The translations under genes and the position numbers were made by a program. This document shows, in pieces, positions 41,232 to 52,165 of a stretch of 64,000 bases of DNA. The DNA is from Terriglobia bacterium. Its GTDB lineage: Bacteria; Acidobacteriota; Terriglobia; 20CM-2-55-15. The stretch is taken from positions 352,001 through 416,000 of the forward strand of contig CAXWPJ010000009.1 of assembly GCA_963664115.2 (NCBI GenBank), in the 5' to 3' direction. Under the pieces are notes generated by a model. It was not told the origin of the DNA and searched no databases. It was given only the letters and a program-made list of their open reading frames with translations. Position 1 is the first letter of the stretch; every line of letters starts with the position of its first letter.

Positions 41232-41663
41232 ATGCCTACCCGTTTCTTAAGTCAGGCCGAAGCATCCGCCGATGATAAGTGGTTCATCATCGATGCGGCA
41301 GACCAGGTGTTGGGCCGGCTCGCGACTAAAGTTGCGACTCTGCTGAGCGGCAAGCACAAGGCCGGTTATGCTCCGTTCCTGATCACGGGCGATCACGTCG
41401 TTATTATCAACGCCGATAAGATTAGACTGACTGGACAAAAATTGGATCAGAAAATTTACTATCGGCACACGGGATATCCCGGGGGGCTGAAGCAGGTATC
41501 GGCACGACGGATGTTCGAAAGCCGGCCCGAACGCCTCATTCAGGAAGCCGTGCTGGGCATGCTGCCCAAAAACAAATTGCGCAAGAGGATGGCCAAGCGG
41601 CTTCGAGTGTACGCGGGCGCTGAGCATCCACATAGAGCGCAAAATCCCGAGGTCATCGCATAA
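41232..41663 (+). CDS. rplM: 50S ribosomal protein L13
   Basis: W.IIDA..VLGRLA, GDHVVIINA, YYRHTGYPGGLK, GMLPKN. Confidence 0.97.
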   Translation: MPTRFLSQAEASADDKWFIIDAADQVLGRLATKVATLLSGKHKAGYAPFLITGDHVVIINADKIRLTGQKLDQKIYYRHTGYPGGLKQVSARRMFESRPERLIQEAVLGMLPKNKLRKRMAKRLRVYAGAEHPHRAQNPEVIA

Positions 41664-41678
41664 GACCATGGAGGTTGA

Positions 41679-42071
41679 TTGAGTTTAGTTCAGTATTACG
41701 GTACGGGCCGGCGGAAAACATCCACGGCTCGCGTGTTTATGAGACCCGGAACCGGAAACATCGTGGTCAACGGGCGGCCATTCGAAACTCATTTCTTCAG
41801 TGAACTCCATCGAATGATCATTCGGCAACCCCTTCAACTCTGCGACACCCTGGATAAGTTCGACATCCTGATCAACGTCAAGGGCGGTGGTATTACCGGT
41901 CAAGCCGGAGCAGTTCGGCACGGTGTCTCGAGAGCATTGGTCGAATCCAACGCCGAATTCAGGCCGGCATTGAAGAAAGCAGGATTTCTCACCCGTGATC
42001 CGCGGATGGTTGAACGGAAGAAATACGGGCAGCCCGGAGCCCGAAAGCGCTTCCAGTTCTCGAAGCGGTAA
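41679..42071 (+). CDS. rpsI: 30S ribosomal protein S9
   Basis: [38 protein letters not shown]. Confidence 0.98.
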   Translation: MSLVQYYGTGRRKTSTARVFMRPGTGNIVVNGRPFETHFFSELHRMIIRQPLQLCDTLDKFDILINVKGGGITGQAGAVRHGVSRALVESNAEFRPALKKAGFLTRDPRMVERKKYGQPGARKRFQFSKR

Positions 42072-42158
42072 TCATTGCTCCGCCGGGGGCTTACGCCTCG
42101 GGCGATAGTTATTTTTTGAAGCCAGAGCGTTGAACGAATCCTTGTAACGGAGGTCTAG

Positions 42159-43079
42159 TTGGTATCTATCACGATGAAGGAGCTTCTGGAAGCTGGAGTC
42201 CATTTCGGCCACCAGACAAAACGCTGGAATCCGAAAATGAAATCCTACATTTTCGGCGAGCGTAACGGTATTTACATCATCGACCTTCAGAAAACTCTCC
42301 GCCTTTTCAAGGAAGCAACACAATTCGTCACCGAACTCGCCGCTCAGGGGAAGACATTCCTTTTTGTTGGCACCAAGCGCCAGGCTCAGGACGCGATTGC
42401 CGAAGAGTCGGCGCGTTGCAATATGTTCTATGTCAACCAACGTTGGCTCGGTGGGCTCCTCACTAACTTCACAACGATCCAAAGGTCCGTTAAGCGACTC
42501 AAGGATCTTGAGGCAATGAAAGACGATGGGCGCTATGAATTGTTGCCGAAAAAGGAAGTGTTGCGACTCGAGCGGCTCCGGAAAGCTCTCGATAAGAACC
42601 TTTCCGGCGTTAAGAACATGCCGGTCCTGCCGGACGCTCTCTTTGTGGTGGATTCCCGGCGTGAAGAGATTGCCGTAGCCGAGGCCCGGAGACTAAAGAT
42701 TCCTGTTTTGGCTGTGGTGGACACCAATTGCGATCCCGAAGTGATCGACCATGTTATTCCGGGCAACGACGATGCGTTGAGGGCAATCCGCTTGTTTACT
42801 TCGAGAGTCGCCGACGCGATCCTCGAAGGACAAGCGCTCGCTTCGAAGGCGAAAGCAGACGACGCAACAGAGGAAAAAGAAGAACAGACCGAAGAAAAAA
42901 CCGCTCCGTCCGGAACAGATAGCGCTGAGACGACGACGGAGGCCACTGTCGATGGGACGAGCGCTCTCGAAACAGCTCCCGCAACCGTCGAAACAACGAC
43001 GCTTTCACCGGCCACCCCTGAGGAATCGGGTACGGGTGATTCGGTGAAGACGACGGACGAAACTCCCGCGACCACGTGA
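42159..43079 (+). CDS. rpsB: 30S ribosomal protein S2 (with long acidic Thr-rich tail)
   Basis: [39 protein letters not shown]. Confidence 0.98.
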   Translation: MVSITMKELLEAGVHFGHQTKRWNPKMKSYIFGERNGIYIIDLQKTLRLFKEATQFVTELAAQGKTFLFVGTKRQAQDAIAEESARCNMFYVNQRWLGGLLTNFTTIQRSVKRLKDLEAMKDDGRYELLPKKEVLRLERLRKALDKNLSGVKNMPVLPDALFVVDSRREEIAVAEARRLKIPVLAVVDTNCDPEVIDHVIPGNDDALRAIRLFTSRVADAILEGQALASKAKADDATEEKEEQTEEKTAPSGTDSAETTTEATVDGTSALETAPATVETTTLSPATPEESGTGDSVKTTDETPATT

Positions 43080-43127
43080 CCCACCAGCAGCGCGACTGTT
43101 CAGGATCAGCGAGTTAAATTGATGCGA

Positions 43128-43161
43128 AGGCGGAAATTCAACGATTTTCGCCTATTTTTTT
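43128..43161 (+). terminator. Intrinsic terminator/attenuator between rpsB and tsf
   Basis: AGGCGGAAAT-TCAACG-ATTTTCGCCT-ATTTTTTT. Confidence 0.65.
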
Positions 43162-43179
43162 GTAAGGAGTTGGGAGTCG

Positions 43180-43830
43180 ATGGCAATCAATGTCCAACAG
43201 GTTAAAGAACTGCGCGAAAAGACAGGCGCGGGGATGATGGACTGTAAGAACGCGCTGACTGCAAGTGAGGGGGACCTCGAAAAAGCGATCGTCTTACTTC
43301 GCAAAAAGGGCCTTGCAACGGCGCAAAAGAAAGCCGCTCGCGTGGCTGCTGAGGGAATCATCGGGCACTATATACATGGCGGCGGCAGCCTCGGCGTTTT
43401 GGTGGAAGTCAATTGCGAAACGGATTTCGCCGCACGTAACGACGACTTTCAGGCGCTGGTCAAAGATGTCGCTATGCACATCGCGGCACAGAACCCGGCC
43501 TATGTTCGACGTGACGAGGTACCGGAAGACATCGTGAGCCGGGAGAAAGACATTTACAGGGATCAGGCACGTTCTTCTGGTAAGCCGGAGCAGATTATCG
43601 ATAAAATCACCGAGGGTAAGCTGGACGCTTTCTTCAAAGCATCATGTTTATACGAACAGGAGTTCGTCAAGGACACTTCGATGACGGTTGAACAACTCAT
43701 CAACGACCTGATCGGTAAGATCGGCGAAAATATTCGGGTGCGAAGGTTCGTACGCTTGAAAACCGGTGAAGGTCTAGAAAAACGGGTGACGGACCTGGCA
43801 GCCGAAGTCCAGGATCAGCTCAACGGATAA
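43180..43830 (+). CDS. tsf: Elongation factor Ts (short form)
   Basis: VKELREKTGAGMMDCK, EVNCETDFAA. Confidence 0.98.
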   Translation: MAINVQQVKELREKTGAGMMDCKNALTASEGDLEKAIVLLRKKGLATAQKKAARVAAEGIIGHYIHGGGSLGVLVEVNCETDFAARNDDFQALVKDVAMHIAAQNPAYVRRDEVPEDIVSREKDIYRDQARSSGKPEQIIDKITEGKLDAFFKASCLYEQEFVKDTSMTVEQLINDLIGKIGENIRVRRFVRLKTGEGLEKRVTDLAAEVQDQLNG

Positions 43831-43842
43831 CTGGATATCTCT

Positions 43843-44553
43843 ATGGATACTCGATACCGACGCATTCTGCTTAAGTTAAGCGGCGAATCACTGATGGGTT
43901 CACAGCCGTTCGGTATCGATCCGGAAATCGTTACAAGCATCGCCAGCCAGGTGAAGGATGTTCATGGCCTGGGCGTTGAAATCGGCATCGTCATCGGTGG
44001 CGGCAACATTTTCCGAGGGCTCGCAGCAAGCGAACAAGGTTTCGACAGAGTATCGGCAGACCACATGGGCATGCTGGCTACTGTGATCAACGCACTCGCG
44101 ATGCAGGATGCCCTGGAGAATGTCGAAGCCCCTACCCGCGTTCTTTCCGCAATCGAAATGCGACAGGTGGCCGAACCCTACATCCGCCGACGTGCCGTCA
44201 GGCACCTCGAAAAGGGGCGCATCGTCATCTTTGCTGCCGGAACGGGCAACCCTTACTTCTCCACCGACACTACCGCCGCGCTCCGCGCCATGGAGATCAA
44301 GGCGGAAGTCATCATGAAAGCCACCCGTGTCAACGGTATTTACGATGCAGACCCTGAAACCGTTGCGGACGCCAAGATGGTCCCAGAAATCTCTTATCTC
44401 GATGTTCTCACACAGGGTCTCCGCGTTATGGACACCACAGCGATATCTCTGTGTATGGATAATCACCTCCCGATCATCGTTTTCAATATCAACGAAAAAG
44501 GGAATATCAAGCGCGTCGTGCTTGGAGAGAAAATCGGTTCGCTCGTTCAGTAA
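43843..44553 (+). CDS. pyrH: UMP kinase
   Basis: [32 protein letters not shown]. Confidence 0.98.
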   Translation: MDTRYRRILLKLSGESLMGSQPFGIDPEIVTSIASQVKDVHGLGVEIGIVIGGGNIFRGLAASEQGFDRVSADHMGMLATVINALAMQDALENVEAPTRVLSAIEMRQVAEPYIRRRAVRHLEKGRIVIFAAGTGNPYFSTDTTAALRAMEIKAEVIMKATRVNGIYDADPETVADAKMVPEISYLDVLTQGLRVMDTTAISLCMDNHLPIIVFNINEKGNIKRVVLGEKIGSLVQ

Positions 44554-44587
44554 CCGCTCTCACCCAGGCGCCTTGGAGGTTATTGCC

Positions 44588-45148
44588 ATGCCGGCCAAGG
44601 AAGAAATTGCACAAATTAAGGAGCGGATGGGAAAGGCGGTCGAGGACCTGCGGCGCGAACTTTCGTCCATTCGCACAGGACGTGCGTCGCTCGCCCTGTT
44701 TAACAACATAAACGTCGACTACTACGGAGTTCCAACGCCGATCAATCAGGTTGCAACCTTGGCTATTCCTGAACCGAGCCTGGTCACACTCCAACCCTTC
44801 GACATTTCACTTATCGGCGATATCGAAAAAGCGATTCTGGCTTCAGACCTGGGCCTGAATCCGTCCAACGACGGGCGCCTGATCCGGATCCCGATACCTG
44901 CATTGAACGAAGAAAGACGGCAACAGTTGGCCAGGCACGTCCACAAAGTTCTCGAAGACCACAGAACCGCCGTTCGCAATATTCGCCGTGACGGCAACGA
45001 CACGATGAAAAAGCATCTCAAGAACAAGGAGATGTCCGAAGACGACGAACGTCGCGCTCTAGACGAAGTCCAGAAGCTTACCAACACATACATCGCAAAA
45101 CTGGATGAGGTGGCGAAAGCCAAAGAAGAGGAAATCCTGACCGTTTAG
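44588..45148 (+). CDS. frr: Ribosome recycling factor
   Basis: IRTGRAS, VDYYG.PTP, LGLNP.NDG, VRNIRRD; GGAGG RBS before ATG 44588. Confidence 0.97.
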   Translation: MPAKEEIAQIKERMGKAVEDLRRELSSIRTGRASLALFNNINVDYYGVPTPINQVATLAIPEPSLVTLQPFDISLIGDIEKAILASDLGLNPSNDGRLIRIPIPALNEERRQQLARHVHKVLEDHRTAVRNIRRDGNDTMKKHLKNKEMSEDDERRALDEVQKLTNTYIAKLDEVAKAKEEEILTV

Positions 45149-45168
45149 CACTTCCACAACGGCCGATT

Positions 45169-45250
45169 TTTTAACGCAGAGACGCTGAGTCGCAGAGAAC
45201 GCAGAGAACGCAGAGTTTGAGGATGTATTTCTGCGACCTTTGCGCTAAAA
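45169..45250. repeat. Palindromic intergenic element with ACGCAGAG(A) 9-mer repeats
   Basis: TTTTAACGCAGAG...CTTTGCGCTAAAA imperfect inverted ends, inner GTCGCAGA/TCTGCGAC pair, and several CGCAGAG copies. Confidence 0.75.
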
Positions 45251-45252
45251 CT

Positions 45253-46335
45253 CTATACCTTCCAACGGCCTTTTTTTGATGGCGTGGGAGTTGGAGCCAG
45301 TCGGAGGGCGGGATCGGCGTCAAGATCGTATCGAGAGTGCTCCCCTCGCCTTAGCTTGAAACTCCCGGCTGCTGCGATCATGACGGCGTTGTCCGTTGTG
45401 AAATTCGGACTCGGATAGAAGAAGTCCAGACCGCGTTCGAGAGCTGCCTCACGCATTGCTTCCCTCAAACGGGAATTTGCAGCAACCCCGCCAGAGAGCA
45501 AGATGGCCTTGGGTTCCAGGCTTTTGGCCGCCGCCATCGTCCTGGAAACGAGAGCGTCAACCACACCCTCCTGAAACCCGGCGAGGAGATCCAGTCGTGC
45601 CGGATCCATACGCGTTCGGGCCTCGTCCAGCGGCTCCAAACCCTCCTCCTTCACAATACGCAGAACCGCGGTCTTAATACCGCTGAAGCTGAAATCCAAA
45701 GTTTGATCTGAAATCTTCGCAACGGGGAATCGTCGGACGTGACGCTTGCCGAGCGCAGCCAGGCGATCGATAACCGGTCCCCCGGGATAGGATAGCCCCA
45801 GGAGCTTGGCAACCTTATCGTAAGCCTCACCAGCGGCATCGTCCCGCGTCTTACCAATCAAACGATAGTTCAAACGGGACCAGTCCCCGTGTTCCGACTC
45901 CACCCAGAACAGGTTCGTATGCCCACCCGACACCACAAGCGCTAAGGCAGGAAATTGCGCTTCGGGGCTTTCGACAAACACAGAATACATGTGCCCCTCA
46001 ATATGGTTGACACCGACCATGGGCTTGCCGGCAGCAAAGGCGACCGCTTTGGCGAACGTCAGACCAACCAAAAGCGATCCGACCAGGCCGGGCCCATACG
46101 TCACAGCGATGCCGTCCACATCCTCTAGCCTCGCACCCGCACGGGAAAACGCCTCCTCAACGATGAGTCTGATCTTCTTAATGTGTTCCCGAGAAGCAAG
46201 CTCAGGAACAATTCCGCCATAGAGCCGATGGGTGTCCACCTGAGAGTGAATCACATTGGACAGGATTTCGCGGCCGTCTCGAACCAAGGCAGCCGCCGTC
46301 TCATCGCACGAAGTTTCTATCCCAAGTACCAGCAC
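45253..46335 (-). CDS. tsaD: tRNA N6-threonylcarbamoyladenosine transferase
   Basis: LGIETSCDET, GGIVPELASREH, HIEGH, SGGHT, DDAAGEAYDK, TDNAVMIA. Confidence 0.97.
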   Translation of the reverse strand: MLVLGIETSCDETAAALVRDGREILSNVIHSQVDTHRLYGGIVPELASREHIKKIRLIVEEAFSRAGARLEDVDGIAVTYGPGLVGSLLVGLTFAKAVAFAAGKPMVGVNHIEGHMYSVFVESPEAQFPALALVVSGGHTNLFWVESEHGDWSRLNYRLIGKTRDDAAGEAYDKVAKLLGLSYPGGPVIDRLAALGKRHVRRFPVAKISDQTLDFSFSGIKTAVLRIVKEEGLEPLDEARTRMDPARLDLLAGFQEGVVDALVSRTMAAAKSLEPKAILLSGGVAANSRLREAMREAALERGLDFFYPSPNFTTDNAVMIAAAGSFKLRRGEHSRYDLDADPALRLAPTPTPSKKGRWKV

Positions 46336-46365
46336 TTGTTTCGATCTAAGCTGTAATCACAAAAC

Positions 46366-47424
46366 TCACCCCTCGCAGTCCGGTCGGGAGGCAAGGCGTG
46401 GCAAGGATTCCTCGTAAGGAGGGCGCGCAATACCGTGGTCAGTAATAATCGCCGTTACAAATTCAGCCGGTGTCACGTCGAAGGCGGGGTTCAAGGCGGT
46501 CACGGCCTCAGGCACGACAGCCACGCCGCCAAAATGGGTCACCTCGGAAGGGTCTCGCTGTTCGATGGGAATATCGGATCCATGTGCAATCGAGAGGTCG
46601 AGGGTGGACACGGGTGCGGCGACATAAAAAGGGATGTCGTGTTCTTTCGCCAATACCGCTACCGAATACGTTCCGATCTTGTTGGCTACGTCACCGTTGC
46701 GCGCGATACGATCGGCGCCAACGATGACCACGTCGATCAGTCCCTGGTGCATGAAAGAGCCGGACATATTGTCTGTGATTACGCGGACATCGATGCCGTC
46801 CTTCCACAATTCCCACGCCGTCAGGCGTGCGCCCTGGAGAAACGGCCGCGTCTCGTCCGCCAGGACACTCAAGCGTTTACCGCTCTCCACGGCAGCGCGA
46901 ATGACCCCGAGTGCGGTGCCATACCCCGCAGTAGCAAGTGCTCCGGCATTGCAGTGCGTCAGCACGGTGCCGCCAGACGGCATCAAGTCCTGACCGAATT
47001 GCCCCATTTTCTTGTTGTTGGCGATGTCCTCCTCCTGAATCGCCCGAGCCTCAGCTACCAATTCCGCGCGAACCTCTAACAGGTCCTGCCCTTCGTCCAT
47101 CAAGCTTTCGAAGCGGCCAGTCATTCTTTCAACTGCCCAGAATAGATTCACGGCCGTCGGACGTGTTTCCGAAATTGTTTCGGCGATCGTCCGAAACTCG
47201 TTCCGCAATTCGTCCGCCTCCTCGGCCCCAGATTTTCTGATCCCCAACGCGATGCCCATTGCGGCCGCAACTCCAATCGCCGGCGCACCCCGAATGACCA
47301 TCGATCGGATGGCTTCCGCCACATCCTGATACGTTTCGAATACGGGATACTCTTCTACGATCGGCAATTTTCGCTGGTCGATCATGCGAACGCCCTGATC
47401 GGTCCATTCAATCGTCTTGATCAT
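46366..47424 (-). CDS. mtnA: S-methyl-5-thioribose-1-phosphate isomerase
   Basis: [42 protein letters not shown]. Confidence 0.96.
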   Translation of the reverse strand: MIKTIEWTDQGVRMIDQRKLPIVEEYPVFETYQDVAEAIRSMVIRGAPAIGVAAAMGIALGIRKSGAEEADELRNEFRTIAETISETRPTAVNLFWAVERMTGRFESLMDEGQDLLEVRAELVAEARAIQEEDIANNKKMGQFGQDLMPSGGTVLTHCNAGALATAGYGTALGVIRAAVESGKRLSVLADETRPFLQGARLTAWELWKDGIDVRVITDNMSGSFMHQGLIDVVIVGADRIARNGDVANKIGTYSVAVLAKEHDIPFYVAAPVSTLDLSIAHGSDIPIEQRDPSEVTHFGGVAVVPEAVTALNPAFDVTPAEFVTAIITDHGIARPPYEESLPRLASRPDCEG

Positions 47425-47525
47425 CGATATCCATCCATTGAACAGTACCTAGTCGAACGAATCATTTTAGCAGCCCCTCCGGGCCGCCGTTGGAAGAGTG
47501 TGCTAAATTCTAAATTCCGACACGC

Positions 47526-48980
47526 ATGAGTCTTAAGTACACAACAGTCATCGGTCTCGAGTGCCATGCGCAGCTACTGACGGAATCAAAGCTGTTTTGT
47601 TCGTGCTCGACACGTTTCGGCCAAGACCCGAACTTCAACACTTGCCCGGTCTGCCTTGGGCTGCCCGGCGCACTACCAATCCTCAACCACGGAGCTCTGG
47701 CGATGGCTGTTCGTGCAGCGGTCGCACTCGACTGCACCGTCAATCCAGTATCTCAATGGTCCCGAAAAAACTATTTTTATCCGGACCTTCCCAAGGGTTA
47801 CCAGATTTCGCAGTTTGACAGACCGATCGCGGAAAACGGCCATCTCGATGTCTCACTCGATGGAACAGTTCGGTCGATCCGAGTTCAGCGCATCCACATG
47901 GAGGAAGATGCCGGAAAGTCCTTACACGAAGGTTTTCCGGATTCCCATCGAACGACATATATCGACCTCAATCGAAGCGGCGTCCCACTTGTCGAGATTG
48001 TCACGCACCCTGACATCCGATCATCCCAAGAAGCTCAGGAATACCTGACCCGGCTGAAACAGATTCTCGAGTACCTGGGGGTCTGCGACGGCAACATGGA
48101 GGAGGGCAGTCTTCGATGTGATGCAAACGTTTCGATTTGCCCGGCAGGATCGTCTGAATTCGGAACCCGTACTGAAATCAAAAACATCAACTCGTTTCGA
48201 TTTCTCCGAAGAGCGATCGACCACGAGGTAGAACGTCAGATCGATCTCGTGGAGAGCGGCAAACGGGTGATCCAGGAAACACGGTTGTGGAACAGTGCGG
48301 AGGAGCGCACGGTTGCCATGCGCAACAAGGAAGAAGCTCATGACTATCGCTACTTTCCGGAACCCGATCTACCCTTATTGGTCCTGGACTCCGAGTGGAT
48401 TCAGGAAATCGCCGACTCCCAACCTGAACTTCCCGGAACCCGCTCCCGGCGATTCATCGAAACGTATGCCCTCTCAGATCACGATGCAGCTATCCTGACG
48501 TCCACTCGAGCGCTTGGGGACTACTTCGAATCTGCTGTCGCTCTGTGCAACAAGCCGAAAACGGCAGCAAATTGGATAATGGGAGATCTCTTGCGGCTGT
48601 TGAATGATGACGGGATTGATTTGATGAACCTGGATGCGCTCAAACTGAAACCCAACATGTTGGCTGAAATGATTCAACTCATCGATGCGGAGACGATATC
48701 CGGAAAAATCGCGAAGTCCGTCCTGGAAGAGATGTATCGCTCAGGCCGCTCACCGGCGACTATCGTTGAGGACAAAGGTCTGGAGCAGATTTCCGATACC
48801 GGAGAGATCGAAAGAATCGTAGACGAGATAATTTCTGCAAACCCGGGGCCGGCGGCACAGTACCGTTCCGGTAAGACTGGAACGATTGGATGGTTTGTCG
48901 GTCAAGTAATGAAGGCCACCGCAGGTCGCGCCAACCCAAAAAGCGTAAACGAACTGCTTCGGAAGAGACTTGCGAGTTAG
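47526..48980 (+). CDS. gatB: Asp/Glu-tRNA amidotransferase subunit B
   Basis: GLECHAQL, RKNYFYPDLPKGYQISQ, EGSLRCDAN, DYRYFPEPDL. Confidence 0.98.
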   Translation: MSLKYTTVIGLECHAQLLTESKLFCSCSTRFGQDPNFNTCPVCLGLPGALPILNHGALAMAVRAAVALDCTVNPVSQWSRKNYFYPDLPKGYQISQFDRPIAENGHLDVSLDGTVRSIRVQRIHMEEDAGKSLHEGFPDSHRTTYIDLNRSGVPLVEIVTHPDIRSSQEAQEYLTRLKQILEYLGVCDGNMEEGSLRCDANVSICPAGSSEFGTRTEIKNINSFRFLRRAIDHEVERQIDLVESGKRVIQETRLWNSAEERTVAMRNKEEAHDYRYFPEPDLPLLVLDSEWIQEIADSQPELPGTRSRRFIETYALSDHDAAILTSTRALGDYFESAVALCNKPKTAANWIMGDLLRLLNDDGIDLMNLDALKLKPNMLAEMIQLIDAETISGKIAKSVLEEMYRSGRSPATIVEDKGLEQISDTGEIERIVDEIISANPGPAAQYRSGKTGTIGWFVGQVMKATAGRANPKSVNELLRKRLAS

Positions 48981-49009
48981 AAACTTTGAAGGTATAGTCC
49001 CCGGAATAC

Positions 49010-49282
49010 ATGGACGTTCAAGACGGGCGAAAGAAGCAGATATCAGAATTTTATCGCCAGGAATTCATGCGGCACAAGTCGCGCCTGGAGACTCAGCGCA
49101 CGTTCTTTGCGGAACAGGCTTTTGGAGAGATCGAGTCTGTCCTGGATAAGATCATCAAAGAGATGGACAAGATCTCTCAGGTCGACAACTTCGAAGAGCT
49201 TGCCAGCCATTTGCTCCAGGGGATTGATGTCGTTACAAGCCTGTCGGCTTCAAAGGTGGATCCCTCCTACAAGATTCATTAG
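49010..49282 (+). CDS. Hypothetical protein (90 aa, helical)
   Basis: Fills the gap after gatB; plausible composition; no family recognised. Confidence 0.65.
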   Translation: MDVQDGRKKQISEFYRQEFMRHKSRLETQRTFFAEQAFGEIESVLDKIIKEMDKISQVDNFEELASHLLQGIDVVTSLSASKVDPSYKIH

Positions 49283-49322
49283 CCCTGAGAGTCAGAACTT
49301 CCCGAATTGAACTTTCCGCCGT

Positions 49323-49712
49323 TCAGTCCACGACAGCAATACAGTCCACCTCTATGCCAACGCCAAGAGGGAGAGCTGCGACTTCGACGGCCGCTCGAGC
49401 CGGCGGTTCATCAGTAAAGAATTCTGCATACACAGCGTTCATCTCCTGAAACGCATTCATGTCGTCTAGGTAAACCGTAACCTTCACGACGTGACTGGCA
49501 GACAGCCCTGCCGTACTCAAAATACCCTTCAAATTCTGGAGTACACGTCGGGTTTGAGCGGCAATCGAAAGATCCTCGATCAATTTTCCAGTCGCCGGGT
49601 CGAGAGCAATCTGTCCAGAGACGAAAACGAGGCCTCCCGCTCGGACCGCCTGAGAGTATGGGCCAATGGCTTGCGGCCCCAACGTCGTCGAAATCACTTG
49701 CTTGGTCGGCAT
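49323..49712 (-). CDS. RidA/YjgF enamine deaminase
   Basis: AIGPYSQA, SGQI, MNAVYA, PAR, VE.DCIA. Confidence 0.95.
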   Translation of the reverse strand: MPTKQVISTTLGPQAIGPYSQAVRAGGLVFVSGQIALDPATGKLIEDLSIAAQTRRVLQNLKGILSTAGLSASHVVKVTVYLDDMNAFQEMNAVYAEFFTDEPPARAAVEVAALPLGVGIEVDCIAVVD

Positions 49713-49752
49713 AAAAGATTCGCGTTCGTCTTTAGTGGGCCACCCCAGACAT

Positions 49753-51930
49753 CTACTGCGTGACGGTATTCACGGCCTTCGGAACTCGCATAACGTCGTA
49801 AACACCATTAAGTTGTCGGATCGATCCAATGACTTTCTCGAGGTGCTTCATGTCCGGAATTTCGACCGTCATGTCGATCACTCCGCGTTCCTCGTCAGTA
49901 CGTGCAGACAGGTCGAGAATATTCGCATTGACATCTGAAACGGCCGACGATATTTCTGCAAGAATCCCAGTTCGATCTCGACTGACGACCGCCAAATGCA
50001 CAGCATAGGACTCCGTGTCGGCCGGTCGGCCTGCCCATTCCACATCAATTTTCCGGTCCGGCCCATACATCAGATTCTGGACATTCGGACATTCCTTGGA
50101 ATGGACCGACACGCCCTTGCCGCGCGTAATATAACCGACAATATTCTCACCGCGAATGGGATTGCAGCACTTGGCCCTGTAAACCAAGAGGTCATCCATG
50201 CCTTTGACTTGAATCTTGACGCTTTCGCCCAGACCGAGGACACGCTTTACGACAGAACTGATCTTGGACTGTTGTGCCGCCGGGGATTTCAGCAATTCCG
50301 GCTCTACTTTTTCCAGCACAGCCCTGACGGAGATCCTGCCGTATCCGATTCCTGAATACAGATCATCCAACTTACTGCATCCGTATTCCGGTGCCATTTC
50401 TATCAGCCGACCGTTCTCGTTTAATTCCTTGATGTTGACCTTGTACTTACGCGCTTCCTTCTCCAGAAGTTTCCTGCCGAGTTCAACCGATTTCTTCCGC
50501 TCCTGCACAGTGAGCCAATGCCGAATCTTATTTCGAGCAAGCGAGGTTTTCACGAAATTCAGCCAATCGCGACTTGGCGTGTGGCCCTTTAGGGTCACGA
50601 TCTCGACGATGTCTCCATTCGAAAGCCGGGTCTTGAGAGGTGACAGGCGGCCATTGATCTTGGAACCCACGCAGGTGTCGCCAACTTCAGTGTGGATCGC
50701 GTAAGCGAAATCGACGGACGTCGCGTCGCTGGGAAGCGTGACAACCTTACCCCGAGGAGTGAATGTGTACACCTCCTCCAAATAGAGATCCACCTTGAGC
50801 GTGCTCAGGAAATCGGTAGGATCTTTCATCTCCTGTTGCCATTCCACAAGATGGCGTAGCCAGGACACGCGTTGATCTTCCCTGTTATCGGCGACCAACT
50901 TACCGTCTTTGTATTTCCAATGTGCAGCGATTCCCTCTTCAGCGACCCGGTGCATTTCGGCGGTACGAATCTGAACCTCAAACGGCTGACCCTTCGCGAT
51001 CACGGAGGTGTGCAAGGATTGATACATGTTGGGCCGTGGCATCGCTATGAAGTCCTTGATTCGGCCCGGGACAGGGCGCCACGTGTTGTGGATGATGCCG
51101 AGTGTGGCGTAACAATTCTTGATGTCTTCGGTGATGATCCGGATGGCCAATAAGTCGTACACCTGGTCGAGTGAAATACGTTGGCGGCGCAGCTTCTGGT
51201 CGATGGAGTAAATGCGCTTGATCCTGACCTCCGTCGTACCGCGAATTTCATGCTCCTGCATCTTCTTCTGGACAACGGCCCGCACTTCCTCAAGAAAGGC
51301 CTCGTCAACTTTTCGCTTTTTTTCAAGTGTGTCTTTTAATCCCTTATAGGACTTAGGATCCAGAAAACTGAAAGCGAGGTCTTCCAGTTCTCCGCGAATT
51401 CTCCCCATGCCCAGGCGGTGTGCGAGGGGCGCGTATATCTCGAGCGTTTCTCGTGCTATGGCTTCACGGCGTGATAATTTGAGGTGACGCAAGGTCCGCA
51501 TGTTGTGTAAACGGTCGGCAAGCTTTACGATAATTACCCGAATGTCATCACTCATCGCGAGCAGCATCTTGCGGAAGTTTTCCGCCTGCTTTTGCTCCGT
51601 CGATGTGAAGTAAATCTGACTGATCTTCGTCAGGGAATCTACGATATGCGCGATCTCCGGACCAAATATTTCTTCCAAATACTCCAGGGTCGTCAGGGTG
51701 TCTTCCACGACGTCGTGAAGCAGCCCGACACTGACCGTCACCGCATCCATCCTCATGTCGGCCAGAATATTCGCCACTTCCAGCGGATGCGTCATGTACG
51801 GTTCACCCGAGGCGCGAACCTGTCCCTTGTGTTCTTTCGCTGAGAAGATATACGCCCGCCGTACGACTTCGGTGTCGTCATCGGGATGGTTCTGTTGAAC
51901 CTTCTCTAAAATTTGATCCAGTCGAATCAT
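49753..51930 (-). CDS. rel: Bifunctional (p)ppGpp synthetase/hydrolase (RelA/SpoT homologue)
   Basis: HD hydrolase LLHDVVED, KLADRLHNMRT, YQSLHT, TGS and ACT domains. Confidence 0.96.
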   Translation of the reverse strand: MIRLDQILEKVQQNHPDDDTEVVRRAYIFSAKEHKGQVRASGEPYMTHPLEVANILADMRMDAVTVSVGLLHDVVEDTLTTLEYLEEIFGPEIAHIVDSLTKISQIYFTSTEQKQAENFRKMLLAMSDDIRVIIVKLADRLHNMRTLRHLKLSRREAIARETLEIYAPLAHRLGMGRIRGELEDLAFSFLDPKSYKGLKDTLEKKRKVDEAFLEEVRAVVQKKMQEHEIRGTTEVRIKRIYSIDQKLRRQRISLDQVYDLLAIRIITEDIKNCYATLGIIHNTWRPVPGRIKDFIAMPRPNMYQSLHTSVIAKGQPFEVQIRTAEMHRVAEEGIAAHWKYKDGKLVADNREDQRVSWLRHLVEWQQEMKDPTDFLSTLKVDLYLEEVYTFTPRGKVVTLPSDATSVDFAYAIHTEVGDTCVGSKINGRLSPLKTRLSNGDIVEIVTLKGHTPSRDWLNFVKTSLARNKIRHWLTVQERKKSVELGRKLLEKEARKYKVNIKELNENGRLIEMAPEYGCSKLDDLYSGIGYGRISVRAVLEKVEPELLKSPAAQQSKISSVVKRVLGLGESVKIQVKGMDDLLVYRAKCCNPIRGENIVGYITRGKGVSVHSKECPNVQNLMYGPDRKIDVEWAGRPADTESYAVHLAVVSRDRTGILAEISSAVSDVNANILDLSARTDEERGVIDMTVEIPDMKHLEKVIGSIRQLNGVYDVMRVPKAVNTVTQ

Positions 51931-52109
51931 GGCTTGTGAACCAAATAGACAGCCCTATTGTAGCGCCAAAGCCAAATTACAGAGACTCTTAGGTGGAGTG
52001 GAAGCGGGAATCGAGCTAGGCTTCAAGAATTATGGGTTGTGAGCAGCTACGCGGCGGGTGGTCTCTCGATTACTAACTCACGACTTAAAACTGCTAACTC
52101 TCAGGCACG

Positions 52110-52133
52110 AAAAAAAGCCACCCGAAGGTGGCT
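52110..52133 (-). terminator. Intrinsic terminator after the tonB-exb-TPR cluster
   Basis: AGCCACC-TTCG-GGTGGCT-TTTTTT. Confidence 0.85.
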
Positions 52134-52165
52134 CCTCGAAAGTTAGCCGAGAGAAGGCCTCGAGA

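Noticed and set aside
44327-44587. N-terminal extension of frr in the ORF track (similarly rplM, thrB, aroDE, lpxB)
   Set aside because: These are longest-ORF artefacts; RBS-supported or gene-coupled starts lie downstream.
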